This document shows, piece after piece, positions 20,268 to 30,872 of a DNA stretch of 64,000 bases (position 1 is its first letter; every line of letters begins with the position of its first letter). The notes below the pieces were generated by a model that was not told the origin of the DNA, did no database searches, and saw nothing but the letters and a program-made list of their open reading frames with translations. The stretch comes from a virus. Location: IMG/VR virus record IMGVR_UViG_3300032050_000061, positions 1 through 64,000 of that record. One strand, written 5' to 3'. The translations under genes and the position numbers were made by a program.

Positions 20268-21720
20268 TTATTGAGAAAAATTTATTAAGTAGTATATCAT
20301 TCTTATACGAATATAAGGATTTTAATTGAGATTTCAAAGTATCTTTACGAAGTTCCATCATATCACCGGTTCTACAGCCTTTTGCAAAGTAAACCTTAGG
20401 TCTATAAAGAAGTTCATCTGAAATCTCTCCCTTAAATGCTGCTCTTAATAAGGGTTTCATATGTCCACCTTCTTTTTGATAAAGGGGTGGAATGTTTAGT
20501 GTATATTCTACAAACGGTCTCCAACTATAAGGAGTTCTAACCTCTACGGTTCCACCCCACATAATAGATTGGTTCGTTGTTAGAAAGTTTGTTTTATGAA
20601 CATCTTCTACTAACTTTCTTCTTGCCTTATCGTAATCTTCCGGTCTCCAATGAAACGCCTGAATATGTCCATAACTTCCCCATATCTCATCTGAAAGGTC
20701 TCCACTAAACACAACTTTAAATCCTAACTCATTTATTTTTTTGGATAGGGCTATTTGTGCAATCGCTGAACCAACATTTTGCCATCTACTTTGTTCAATC
20801 ACATAAAGTGTTTCTTCAATTGCATCTTCTACATCTTTTTCAGTCAATATAATTTCATGCAACTTAACACCGAATTCTTTTGCAGCAATTCGTGCATATT
20901 TTATATCATCGTTCTTTGTATCACCATCTCCCATTGAAACTACAAATGCCTCAATGTCAGGCTTAATACGCGAAAGTATATAAGTTGTAATTACTGAATC
21001 AATACCACCGCTTAGAATTGTGCAAATGGGAACATCTGAAACCATCTTTACTTTTACGGCTTCTTCTAACATTTTTCTAATGTTATTGACAATAGTTTCT
21101 CTATCATCATTTATTATTTCAGTTGGAAGTTTGTAATAAGTTTGGGCTGAATGTTCTAATGTTTTGTAATTATATTCTAAATAAGTACCAGGATAAATTG
21201 CCTTTACTTGTGTATCATATAAATCAGTAAGTGGAAGGCCTTTCTTTTCGGAACAAAATACTAACTTACCATCGTTATCAATCCCATACCAAAGTGGAAG
21301 TTCACCTACATAATCTCTAACTACAAATACCTTATCTATTTTAGTATCAACTATTGCAAATGAAAACATACCATCTAATAACTCAAATGATTTAGTTCCA
21401 AATTCACAATATGCGTTTAAAATTATTTCAGTATCAGATTTAGTTTTGAACTTTGTTTTTAGAGATGACTTCAATTCTTTAGTTTCAACGCTATCCCAAA
21501 GTTCCCCATTATATACAATACAAACCGTCTTATCTTCATTCCACATTGGTTGATTCGCAGTTGAGGAAAGGTCTTGTATTGAAAGGCGGTTATGCCCTAC
21601 ATAGATGTCATCAATTACATCTACAATAGAAGCATCTCTACCTCTATGAATTATTTTTTGTAAATGGTCTTTGGTTTGCTTTATTGATGTAAACCAATTA
21701 CCTCCTATTATTCCGCACAT
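20260..21720 (-). CDS. asnB: Asparagine synthetase B-like glutamine amidotransferase
   Basis: MCGI Ntn nucleophile, HRG, RLSIQD, NGE, SDTE; LSGGIDS PP-loop, SGDLSDE. Confidence 0.9.
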   Translation of the reverse strand: MCGIIGGNWFTSIKQTKDHLQKIIHRGRDASIVDVIDDIYVGHNRLSIQDLSSTANQPMWNEDKTVCIVYNGELWDSVETKELKSSLKTKFKTKSDTEIILNAYCEFGTKSFELLDGMFSFAIVDTKIDKVFVVRDYVGELPLWYGIDNDGKLVFCSEKKGLPLTDLYDTQVKAIYPGTYLEYNYKTLEHSAQTYYKLPTEIINDDRETIVNNIRKMLEEAVKVKMVSDVPICTILSGGIDSVITTYILSRIKPDIEAFVVSMGDGDTKNDDIKYARIAAKEFGVKLHEIILTEKDVEDAIEETLYVIEQSRWQNVGSAIAQIALSKKINELGFKVVFSGDLSDEIWGSYGHIQAFHWRPEDYDKARRKLVEDVHKTNFLTTNQSIMWGGTVEVRTPYSWRPFVEYTLNIPPLYQKEGGHMKPLLRAAFKGEISDELLYRPKVYFAKGCRTGDMMELRKDTLKSQLKSLYSYKNDILLNKFFSING

Positions 21721-21992
21721 TAAAACTTTTCTTTTTTCTTAAAGTATTTGAGGATTATTATCTTACCAATAGAGCCAGATAAAAGAAATAGGATAATTGT
21801 AACCCAATCACCCTTTAAAAAACTATCTACTGAATACGCGGTTGATGCAATCCAAAAGGCAGTTTGTATATTAAATAATAAAACTGATTTTGTTATATCA
21901 TTTTCAACTACCCATTTTATTTCTAAAACTTTAAATACGGCTAACGCTAATTGAGAAAATACAACAAATAAATAAACTAAAAAATCATTCAC
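21720..21992 (-). CDS. Small three-TM membrane protein
   Basis: Three hydrophobic segments, basic C-terminus. Confidence 0.55.
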   Translation of the reverse strand: MNDFLVYLFVVFSQLALAVFKVLEIKWVVENDITKSVLLFNIQTAFWIASTAYSVDSFLKGDWVTIILFLLSGSIGKIIILKYFKKKEKF

Positions 21993-22936
21993 TATTTAAC
22001 TAATTGTATTACTGAAATAATAGTTGCCATAAATGTAATCTCCTTATCAACTACTAATGCATCTTTTGATGTTCCTTCCGCTAATGCAATAATAACATTT
22101 GCAGTATTTCCTTTTGCGTAATCATCCAACTTATCATATAGAAACGAATAAACATCAGTAAAATCTGAAATACGATTATCAGCTACTAATTGTCTTATTA
22201 CCATAAACTTATTCCTAACTTCATCTTTTGATTTTAGTATTTCTACTAATTTGATACGAAAATCAGAATCAACTATTGTAGCACTATCAGTTTTCAAAAC
22301 ACCATTAACACAAGCTAATTGACAGGTATTAATAATTTTTCTGATATCAGGATAATATCCATCTACAATAGGAACTAAATCAGCCGGATTAAATTGTATA
22401 TCCTCTTCTTTTAGAATTTTAGCAATTTGAACCGCTACATCTTTCTTTGTTGGGGGTACAATTTGAAATGATTGACATCTACTTTGAATTGGAAGAATGA
22501 TTTTCTCTATGTAATTACACGTCAAAATGAATCTACAATGCTTACTAAATGTTTCCATTAAGTTTCTTAACAACGCCTGTGCATTAGGTGTCATATAATC
22601 AAACTCATCCAATATAATAATCTTATATGGCTTGAATCCAACTCCACTTGCAAAGTTTTTCACTTTATTACGAACCGTATCAACATTGTTCTCATCAGAT
22701 GCGTTGATAATCATTACATCGGATTCGATATTTTTTACGATTAGTTTAGCGAGTGTTGTCTTACCTGTCCCCGCTTTACCGAAGAAAAGTAAGTGAGGTA
22801 TATCACCACTTTCGATATACCCCTTTACTTTTGCTTTGAGATTTTCATTACCTACATAATCATCTAACTTTGTAGGTCTATATTTCTCAACCCAAAGTGA
22901 GTGAACTTGTTCTTCTTGTTGTTCGAAAAAACTCAT
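21992..22936 (-). CDS. Clamp loader large subunit (RFC / T4 gp44-like)
   Basis: WVEKYRP, GKAGTGKT, DEFD, SRC. Confidence 0.95.
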   Translation of the reverse strand: MSFFEQQEEQVHSLWVEKYRPTKLDDYVGNENLKAKVKGYIESGDIPHLLFFGKAGTGKTTLAKLIVKNIESDVMIINASDENNVDTVRNKVKNFASGVGFKPYKIIILDEFDYMTPNAQALLRNLMETFSKHCRFILTCNYIEKIILPIQSRCQSFQIVPPTKKDVAVQIAKILKEEDIQFNPADLVPIVDGYYPDIRKIINTCQLACVNGVLKTDSATIVDSDFRIKLVEILKSKDEVRNKFMVIRQLVADNRISDFTDVYSFLYDKLDDYAKGNTANVIIALAEGTSKDALVVDKEITFMATIISVIQLVK

Positions 22937-22954
22937 ACTTTGAATTGTTTAAAA

Positions 22955-23671
22955 TTATGATAATTGAACTTCTACTAGGAAATATGATGAAGTGAATCCA
23001 TCAACAGAGAAATCCACATTTGCTAATCCTTCTTTCGATACTTTTAATGTTGCTTTGTTAGCCTCTTTGTTAGCAGAAAGAATCTCTTTGAAATACTTTG
23101 CGGAGAATGAAATTGGTTTTACTTCTCCATCGAAACTATCATTAACTACCAACTCAACTCTATTAGTGTTGATGTTAGAATAACCAATAACAATTTTCAA
23201 TTTACCTTTTTCCGTCAATACAGTAAAATTATCGATGTCACTCAACGCTGATTTTGCTTTGATAAACTTCTCAATAAAATTACCATCCATATCAATACTG
23301 ATACCGAACTCTGGTAATTGTTTTAAATCCGGTACATTTGGAATAACTGCTAAATCCGCTAATTGGTATTGAACGGTTGTAGCATCTGATGTTAGAGATA
23401 ATGAAATCGGCTTTTCATCAACTTTTTTCAAAGTGATGTTTACATCATTTCCTAATACACCTAATAAACTTTTTAATGTGTTTGTATTGTAAACACCGAC
23501 AGTAGAATCTTCGAAATCGAAATCTACCACACTAACTGAACCTAATACAGTCTTATCATCGGAGATAAAACGGGTTGTTAATGTTTTGTTTTCTGCTTTC
23601 CAAGAAACTGATTCAACTAATCCTGCCAAATTATACTTTGAGATAAAACGGCTTAAACGATTTTTGTCCAT
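22955..23671 (-). CDS. Sliding clamp (T4 gp45/PCNA-like)
   Basis: 238 aa between PolB and clamp loader; beta-rich with SYFLV C-terminus. Confidence 0.75.
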   Translation of the reverse strand: MDKNRLSRFISKYNLAGLVESVSWKAENKTLTTRFISDDKTVLGSVSVVDFDFEDSTVGVYNTNTLKSLLGVLGNDVNITLKKVDEKPISLSLTSDATTVQYQLADLAVIPNVPDLKQLPEFGISIDMDGNFIEKFIKAKSALSDIDNFTVLTEKGKLKIVIGYSNINTNRVELVVNDSFDGEVKPISFSAKYFKEILSANKEANKATLKVSKEGLANVDFSVDGFTSSYFLVEVQLS

Positions 23672-23704
23672 AACGATTGTTTTAATTTTTATTTTTTATT
23701 GTTG

Positions 23705-23736
23705 TAAATATATGTGTTTTATTTCGATTTTCCAAA
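23705..23736 (-). promoter_or_regulatory. Bacteroidota-type promoter for the sliding clamp
   Basis: Minus strand TTTGGA-N18-TATATTTA. Confidence 0.7.
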
Positions 23737-26277
23737 TTAAAATGAGAAAAATTTATCAGATTTTGTAATTTTTAACTGTAAATGCCCCCATCCTAATGCT
23801 TTATAAAAATCTTCTAATTTATTCTGCATTTCATGCTCAAAAATCTTATCATAATCAATGTAATTTTTGATGAAAGATTCTACCTCTTCCGGATCATCTG
23901 CTCCCTTAAAAGCTATTGTTTCTAATCCTAATGGGTTTTGTTTAAGATATACCCATTTCATTTTATCACCATTCTTCATAGGTGAGTATTTAAACCCACA
24001 ATTAAAGTGCTTCAACAATTGATTATAAGTCCAAGCAGCTTTAACATGCGCAGGAGTTCCTTTAAGGAATTGGAACATCGCGCCTTTTGCGGGAGTATAT
24101 TTTGAAAGTTCTTTTACCGAACTACTTTTAGCAATGTTATATGGTTTAACTAATGGAAGTGAACCTTTGAAATTAATAATCTTTTCATCCATAGTTTCCT
24201 TTGTTTCACCCTTTAATATATCAATAAGGGTTTGCCTCATAAAATCTTTGAATGATTGAGGAAACGATGAACGAACTACATCTAAACCTTTTACATCTAA
24301 TCTATCTACCGGAACTCCATTTTCTGCAATAATCCATTGTGCATATCTTTTCTTTGCAATCCATAATCCGGCCCTAGCAACGAATTCTTTTTTAATCTGA
24401 AAACGATGTTTATCTTTTGGAACATTTATTAATTTTTCAGATAATATATCATAAAAATTATTGAGATAATCCTGTGTTTCTCCAGCGATACCATCTACTA
24501 ATTTAGCAACTTCACTATCTTCCATTTGTTTCCAATTAGGATGCCTATGGTCTAATAATGGAACTGCGGAAAAGAATACTGAATCAGTATCAATATAAAT
24601 GTTGTAATCTGCTTCCTTTGTTCCTAACTCTTTATTGTATTTTATATTAGTCATATCGGCGGTGGATTTAATTACCGTTTGACCAGTAATCGTAACCGCT
24701 TCCGCATTATCAATATCGTAAAAACGAAATGAAGGTAATCCTAATACACCATAAAGTGAGTTAAGAAGAATTTTTTGAACCAATTGTCTTTTCTTATAAA
24801 ATGCATATTTTTCTTTATCACCCGCTTCTCCAAATTGCTTTTCTAGCTTTCGGAATTCAACCCTCTTTTGAAACCATTCATCCAATATTGCAGGAATACA
24901 ACCGATTTTATCATTCCTATAAATTACACCATTTGAAGCAATAGAGTATCCACTATCGTTGAGAAACTCTTTGAACTTTTCTTTTGTAATTTGCTTTCCT
25001 TGTATTGAATAAGAATCATCCAATCCCTTTAAGTATCTTTGTATATCCCAATTATCAACCTTACCCATTTTGGTTTCGGGTGATATATTTAAGGTCATAA
25101 TAATAGATGGATAAAGAGATGTTAAATCCAAGTCATATACCCAATCGTATTTACCAACGATAGGGTCTTTCACATACGCACCAATAAACTTTTCATCTTT
25201 TGCACTCTCATCGATTCCACCGGTTTCTCTCATAGAATCAATCATTCTATCTGAATCCTCTTTCTTCATTTTATTAGGTGCTACTAATCCTCTTTGGCGT
25301 AAGAAACATAAGAGTGCTCCCTCTAATGGTCGTGAAGTGAAAAAAACATCTTCATAGGCAACGTGTCCGGCGTGTGCAATACCTCTACACAAATCGATAA
25401 ATTGTAGCTTCTTATCCATATCTACAATCAACCTAACATCTTCCAAGTTATATTCGATAAACTTTTCTTTATCTTTTTCAAATAACTCATCCAAGTTTCC
25501 GGTGTATTCAACCTTACCTCTACCTAATTCAATCTTTGCGACCGTATCTAATCGGTAGTTGTCTAATTCAGTATAATTGTATTCTTTATATAGAACTAAA
25601 TAATCTAATGCCGATACTCCACCAATAAACCATTTTTTTCTATAAGGTGAATAGAATACCTCTCTAATCGGAGATAATCTTTTTGCTTGTCTTTCACCCA
25701 AAAGGTTTTTCAGACGATTAAATAGATAGGGAACGTCAAAGAAATCTATATTCCATCCGGTTATAATTGTTGGGGAAATAGATTCGTATATATCTAAAAA
25801 TTTATTCAGCATCTCCTTTTCAGTATCGAATGGAGCCACTAATCTATTTCCGGATTTGGATGGTTGTATTGTTCGATTCTTGTCTAATACTAATACATAA
25901 TAAAAATCTTCAACTGAATCATGAACAGCGATTGATGTAATTTCGTTTTCTGCCTTTTCAGTATCAGGTAGACCAGAATTCATTTCAACCTCAATATCAA
26001 AAGTAAGAACTTTATGCCCTTCGGAGGGTAAATCTGAATTGGTATATAAATCTACCAATACTCTGGTTATTTCAGGAACATCAGATTCAAATAAAGATGA
26101 ATCTTCTTTTTCGTATTTAAAAACCTTTGTTAATTTATCTCCATATATGGATGTCCATTCACCGTTTACCGCAGGTTTAAAAGCGTAACGTTGATATGGC
26201 ATTGTAAAGTATCCCTTTACATCATCCCATATATGGATAGTATTTGTATTTCTTTGGTAGTATATATTTTGATACAT
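23737..26277 (-). CDS. Family B DNA polymerase
   Basis: FDIEV exonuclease, DLTSLYPS, KILLNSLYG, YIDTDS; no intein seen. Confidence 0.97.
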   Translation of the reverse strand: MYQNIYYQRNTNTIHIWDDVKGYFTMPYQRYAFKPAVNGEWTSIYGDKLTKVFKYEKEDSSLFESDVPEITRVLVDLYTNSDLPSEGHKVLTFDIEVEMNSGLPDTEKAENEITSIAVHDSVEDFYYVLVLDKNRTIQPSKSGNRLVAPFDTEKEMLNKFLDIYESISPTIITGWNIDFFDVPYLFNRLKNLLGERQAKRLSPIREVFYSPYRKKWFIGGVSALDYLVLYKEYNYTELDNYRLDTVAKIELGRGKVEYTGNLDELFEKDKEKFIEYNLEDVRLIVDMDKKLQFIDLCRGIAHAGHVAYEDVFFTSRPLEGALLCFLRQRGLVAPNKMKKEDSDRMIDSMRETGGIDESAKDEKFIGAYVKDPIVGKYDWVYDLDLTSLYPSIIMTLNISPETKMGKVDNWDIQRYLKGLDDSYSIQGKQITKEKFKEFLNDSGYSIASNGVIYRNDKIGCIPAILDEWFQKRVEFRKLEKQFGEAGDKEKYAFYKKRQLVQKILLNSLYGVLGLPSFRFYDIDNAEAVTITGQTVIKSTADMTNIKYNKELGTKEADYNIYIDTDSVFFSAVPLLDHRHPNWKQMEDSEVAKLVDGIAGETQDYLNNFYDILSEKLINVPKDKHRFQIKKEFVARAGLWIAKKRYAQWIIAENGVPVDRLDVKGLDVVRSSFPQSFKDFMRQTLIDILKGETKETMDEKIINFKGSLPLVKPYNIAKSSSVKELSKYTPAKGAMFQFLKGTPAHVKAAWTYNQLLKHFNCGFKYSPMKNGDKMKWVYLKQNPLGLETIAFKGADDPEEVESFIKNYIDYDKIFEHEMQNKLEDFYKALGWGHLQLKITKSDKFFSF

Positions 26278-26293
26278 CGTAACTTTTAATTAG

Positions 26294-26325
26294 CAAATAT
26301 AATAATAATTTTTGAAATCTCCAAC
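26294..26325 (-). promoter_or_regulatory. Bacteroidota-type promoter for PolB
   Basis: Minus strand GTTGGA-N18-TATATTTG. Confidence 0.75.
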
Positions 26326-26329
26326 TGAA

Positions 26330-26590
26330 TTAGAGATTTTCATTAATTGCATTAGTATATGCTAATTTTGATTGAACTCCACTAAATCTACTTACTTCCA
26401 CACCATTTTTTTCAATAACAACAGTCGGAACTGAACGAACTCCGTATTGAGCTGCTAATTCAAAGTTTTCATCAACATCTATATCTTCGAACTTTACATT
26501 AGAATAACCACTTTTCACTTCTTCAAAAACTGGCTTTAAGGCTTTGCATGGCCCACACCAACTTGCACTAAATTTTTTTACACTAATCAT
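26330..26590 (-). CDS. trxA: Thioredoxin
   Basis: WCGPCK, VRSVPT. Confidence 0.95.
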   Translation of the reverse strand: MISVKKFSASWCGPCKALKPVFEEVKSGYSNVKFEDIDVDENFELAAQYGVRSVPTVVIEKNGVEVSRFSGVQSKLAYTNAINENL

Positions 26591-26609
26591 ATTATTTTAT
26601 TTTAATTTA

Positions 26610-28391
26610 TTAACCTTCACAACTTACACACTCTGGATCCATTGCCTTTGCCGCTATATCACCTCTTAATACCGATTCGGTTCTCATATAGTAAAGTGTT
26701 TTAACACCTTGTTTCCATGCTTCCAAATGAACTTGATTAACCCATTTTGGTTCTGCGGTTGCAGGAAATGCTAAATTTAGAGAAACTGCTTGGTCGATGT
26801 ATTGTTGTCTCACACCTGCTTGTCTTACTAAATCCAATTGATTAATTTCTTTAAATGTTTTGAATACATCTTTTACTGAACTACATCGATGTGCCCTTTC
26901 ATCAATTGATACTTCTTTACACTCAACTAATTTATCACCTGAAAAACACCAATCATCTAAAAAATCCAATCCTTGTACCGAACCTCCATCTGCAAGAATT
27001 TGATCCCATACTTCTTTATTGTTTTTACCAATCTTACGAAGCACTCTTTCCAATTCAGGATTTTTTCTAATAAATGTTCCTTTTGAAGTTTGTTCGGTGA
27101 ATACATTTGCTGCCCACGGCTCAATACCACTACTTACATTACCACTTAATTTTGAGTTTGATACAGTCGGTGCTACTGCTCTTAAATGTGTATTACGGAA
27201 TCCACTCTCTCTACACCAAAGAGGTTCTCCATATTCTGCTGCCAAATCTCTACTTGCACTCTCACTTTCTATTTTCATTTGTGAGAAAATCTTACGAGTT
27301 TCAAATTGGGCTTGTAATCCTTCAAATGGTATTCCCTTTTGTTGTAGGTAAGTATGCCACCCTAATACACCTAATCCTAAGGCTCTGCCTCTTTCTGCTG
27401 AACGAACTGAATTTTCAAAACCTTTCATATTCTTAGCTCTTTGTAAGAACTCCTCCAATACACCATCTAAGAAGATAGTAGATGTATAAACTAAATCAGT
27501 ATCTTTCCATTCATCGTACTTTGCTAAGTTTAAGGAACTCAAACAACAAACGAATGAATGTTGCTCATCGGTATGTAATACAATCTCTGAACAAATGTTA
27601 GTCATGTGAACTTTTAAACCATTCTTTTTGTACATTTCAGGATTTGCTTTGTTCACATTTCCTTTGTACATAATGTAAGGTTCTCCAGTTGCTTTTCTTT
27701 TCTGAAGTAATTTACCCCATTTTCTTCTTGCTTCCGGATCTCCTTCTTCTAATTTTTTCATAAACTTATCACTCACTACTACACATTGGTGTAAGTTAAG
27801 TGATTGACGGTTTACATCACCCTTTGGTTCTCTAATCTCTAAAAAATCATCAAAATCTTTATGTTCGATTTTTATGTTCACCGATGCCGCACCTCTACGA
27901 ACCGCTCCTTGATTAGTTGCTAAGATGGTAGAATCGTATATTTTTGCAAATGGTACAATACCATCGGATGTTCCATTACCGGTGATTTTAGAACCCGCAG
28001 GTCGTATCATATTGATTCCAATACCAACACCACCACCATGCTTTGCCAACAACATCAACTCTAAATTCTTTGAACCAATCTCATAGATACTATCACCCAC
28101 ATCAATACCAAAACATGAAATAGGCAATCCTCTATCAGTACCAGTATTTGATAGTACTGGTGTAGCTAAACACAACCATCCTTTCCAAATGTAATCAAAA
28201 AATTTTGTTGCCAATTGTGGTTTCTCTAATCTTTTGGCTACCGCAGTAGCAACTCTCCAATATGCATCTTTTGGTTTTTCTCCTGCCTGCAAATATGTTT
28301 TAGATATAGTCTTTACATAAATCTCATTATTTCCCCAAGATGGAAAATCAACATCTACCTCCCAACCGAGTTCTTCGCCGTAATTCTTCAT
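26610..28391 (-). CDS. nrdA: Class I ribonucleotide reductase alpha subunit (no ATP cone)
   Basis: ATPV, PISCF, TNICSEI, APT, C-terminal CVSCEG. Confidence 0.95.
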   Translation of the reverse strand: MKNYGEELGWEVDVDFPSWGNNEIYVKTISKTYLQAGEKPKDAYWRVATAVAKRLEKPQLATKFFDYIWKGWLCLATPVLSNTGTDRGLPISCFGIDVGDSIYEIGSKNLELMLLAKHGGGVGIGINMIRPAGSKITGNGTSDGIVPFAKIYDSTILATNQGAVRRGAASVNIKIEHKDFDDFLEIREPKGDVNRQSLNLHQCVVVSDKFMKKLEEGDPEARRKWGKLLQKRKATGEPYIMYKGNVNKANPEMYKKNGLKVHMTNICSEIVLHTDEQHSFVCCLSSLNLAKYDEWKDTDLVYTSTIFLDGVLEEFLQRAKNMKGFENSVRSAERGRALGLGVLGWHTYLQQKGIPFEGLQAQFETRKIFSQMKIESESASRDLAAEYGEPLWCRESGFRNTHLRAVAPTVSNSKLSGNVSSGIEPWAANVFTEQTSKGTFIRKNPELERVLRKIGKNNKEVWDQILADGGSVQGLDFLDDWCFSGDKLVECKEVSIDERAHRCSSVKDVFKTFKEINQLDLVRQAGVRQQYIDQAVSLNLAFPATAEPKWVNQVHLEAWKQGVKTLYYMRTESVLRGDIAAKAMDPECVSCEG

Positions 28392-28411
28392 AAATTTAAT
28401 TCTTAATTTTT

Positions 28412-29425
28412 TTAAAATATATCATCCCAATTTTCACCTTCACCTGCTTTACTATAATCAGTAGGTCTGATAGCAAAGAAATCAGTATGTGTCACACCTC
28501 CTGTTAAATGGTAGAACCAATCTAATTGAGATGCCTTTTTTTCGGTGTATTCAAAATAGCCATCGCCACCTTTAATTGGGTTATATCCTAACTCTCCTAA
28601 TTTTTCATTAATTCTTTTTGTAATGAATTCTTTTAGGTCATCTGCTTTAAGGTTTTCTAAATCACCCATTTCAAAAATCTTATCAATAAATTTGTGTTCT
28701 AAATCTCTAATTATTTCTGCTGCTTTGTAGATATCAACTTTTGCTTCTTCTAACAATTCAGGATACTCACTACACATGTGTCTGAATAATTGACAACCCA
28801 TCTTCGAATGCAGTGATTCATCTCTAACACTCCACTTCATTTGTTGTCCAATTCCTTTTAGTAAGTTTCTCATTTGGAAACTATAAAGAACTGCGAATGA
28901 AGAATATAATGCCACACCTTCTGCAAATGCCGAAAAGATGGCCAATGAACGAGCAACTTCAATTCTTGCTTTTGGATTAGTTTTTAAATCTTCCGGTGTC
29001 CAATCAGCAGTTGTATTAGTCAATAGTTCAAATCTTTCCTTCATCGCTTCATCGTGTAGGAAACCTTCGAAATCATCTAATCCTAATGTTTCATTAAGAT
29101 ATGAATATGCTACTGAATGTATTGTTTCTTGCGAACCAAACGCCATTGCCATTTGTCTAATCTCATGCTTTGGAAACCATTTGGTAACCATGCCTGTCCA
29201 ATAATCGGATACGGCACATTCGGTTTGAGCAAATCCTAAAAGGATGTTACCAACTAAATGTTTTTCTTCTTTTGTTAAATTTTCATTCCAATCCTTCACA
29301 TCCATCTGCATAGGGATTTCGGTATGTAACCAAAAAGCCTGCATTTGCTTCAACCAACCTTCGGTATAGTATTCTGGATATTCAAATGGTTTAAATGGAA
29401 TTCTTTCGGTAAATAATTTGCTCAT
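28412..29425 (-). CDS. nrdB: Ribonucleotide reductase beta subunit
   Basis: QETIHSVAY, EGVALYSSF, RDESLH, DFFA. Confidence 0.95.
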   Translation of the reverse strand: MSKLFTERIPFKPFEYPEYYTEGWLKQMQAFWLHTEIPMQMDVKDWNENLTKEEKHLVGNILLGFAQTECAVSDYWTGMVTKWFPKHEIRQMAMAFGSQETIHSVAYSYLNETLGLDDFEGFLHDEAMKERFELLTNTTADWTPEDLKTNPKARIEVARSLAIFSAFAEGVALYSSFAVLYSFQMRNLLKGIGQQMKWSVRDESLHSKMGCQLFRHMCSEYPELLEEAKVDIYKAAEIIRDLEHKFIDKIFEMGDLENLKADDLKEFITKRINEKLGELGYNPIKGGDGYFEYTEKKASQLDWFYHLTGGVTHTDFFAIRPTDYSKAGEGENWDDIF

Positions 29426-29521
29426 CTTTAAAACTTTGTTTTGTTATTAAGGTAAGAATAAATAGGATATATACCGTAAAAAATTTTAGGTTCTTTAGAA
29501 AATTTTTTCATTAATATTTCT

Positions 29522-30580
29522 TTAGTTTTTTTTGTTAAAAATAAAGATAGGTTCGTATTTTATACCCTTCCCAGCAATACTGGATAATGCAAGTTTTATT
29601 GTTTTTTCTAATACAAATCCTTCTTCTTCCGCTACTCTAATCGTTTCACTTTCTATATCTTTATGTTTAGGAGTATTTGCTATATTTAATAACATTTTAC
29701 CCCCACTTTTTAAGCCAATATGACAATTTGCCATAGTTTGTTTTAAAAATCCATCCACCCATAAATGTGGTGTAGGGTATTTTTTATATGATTGGGTTTC
29801 CTCATCACTATATTTTTCAGTATCGAAATAAGGTGGTGAAGTAAAACACAAATCTAATGAATCTTTTTCTGGTACGAATACTTCCGAACCTAATTGGTGG
29901 AGTATAACATTTTTACCATAAAAATTTAGGTCTTTATTTAATTTACCTAATCCCTCATAAGTTTTACCGCTAGGATCAGTTCCTATATACGTTTTACAAT
30001 TACTCGTTAGGAATCCAATTAATCTACCTCCCCATCCACAACTCATATCCCACACGGTCTCCCCACCATAGTTATTATATATCCATTTAGCAGCCGAAGG
30101 TCTGAAATTACTGACAGTTTGGTTGCCACCATATATTTTGAAATTTTGTCTTAAACGATTTAGGGTAAATTTACCATCACTATGTTTAAGATGCCAATTC
30201 CAAGTCTTTCTAATAATTTCTTTGAACTTACTATCATCATTCCAATAATCAATTGGTTTCATTTTACTATTACCACATTGAACATCTATCCAATGGGGAA
30301 AATAACTCCATGCCAATCCTAAACAATGCATTGTTTGGTCAATATAACCATCTTTAAATAAAGTTGATTCATCAAACTCACTTAAAGATTTCATATCACC
30401 AATCATATTATCGGTGGTTGAATGGTAGTGAGGAAATCCTTTTTTTCGATGATACTTAAAAATTATATCTAATGCTGATTGAACATCATCTATTTCTTTT
30501 ATATTTTGAGTTATTCTTTCATACTCTAAATCTAACTCATCCCATTCTATAAACTTAGCAAAAGTATTATAGTTTATCAT
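29522..30580 (-). CDS. SAM-dependent DNA amino-methyltransferase-like protein (SPPY), third family member
   Basis: NFRP, DMSCGWGGR, FTSPPYFDTEKY, EPIFIF. Confidence 0.82.
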   Translation of the reverse strand: MINYNTFAKFIEWDELDLEYERITQNIKEIDDVQSALDIIFKYHRKKGFPHYHSTTDNMIGDMKSLSEFDESTLFKDGYIDQTMHCLGLAWSYFPHWIDVQCGNSKMKPIDYWNDDSKFKEIIRKTWNWHLKHSDGKFTLNRLRQNFKIYGGNQTVSNFRPSAAKWIYNNYGGETVWDMSCGWGGRLIGFLTSNCKTYIGTDPSGKTYEGLGKLNKDLNFYGKNVILHQLGSEVFVPEKDSLDLCFTSPPYFDTEKYSDEETQSYKKYPTPHLWVDGFLKQTMANCHIGLKSGGKMLLNIANTPKHKDIESETIRVAEEEGFVLEKTIKLALSSIAGKGIKYEPIFIFNKKN

Positions 30581-30872
30581 TTAACTCATCTTCAAATTTG
30601 CTTATAATAATCGGTGATATGTCTTCCCCATCGTCATTTGTAATTTTTAATCCTATTACATTGTATGAAAGGTATTCAACTGCCAATTCTTCGGAAAGTT
30701 GGTGGTCTTTTATAAGAATATCTACCATTGATTTATAATCATATATAATTTTTTTAGAATCAACATCATATCCTAATATAGCATTATCAAAATAATCTAA
30801 TATAGCCATTCCAGCACATATTTCATCAACTAATCCAATTTTATTTTCCATATTACGTTTGTTATTATCCAA
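30567..30872 (-). CDS. Hypothetical acidic protein
   Basis: FDNAILG...IYDY...AVEYLSYN; overlaps both neighbours. Confidence 0.6.
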   Translation of the reverse strand: MDNNKRNMENKIGLVDEICAGMAILDYFDNAILGYDVDSKKIIYDYKSMVDILIKDHQLSEELAVEYLSYNVIGLKITNDDGEDISPIIISKFEDELNDKL

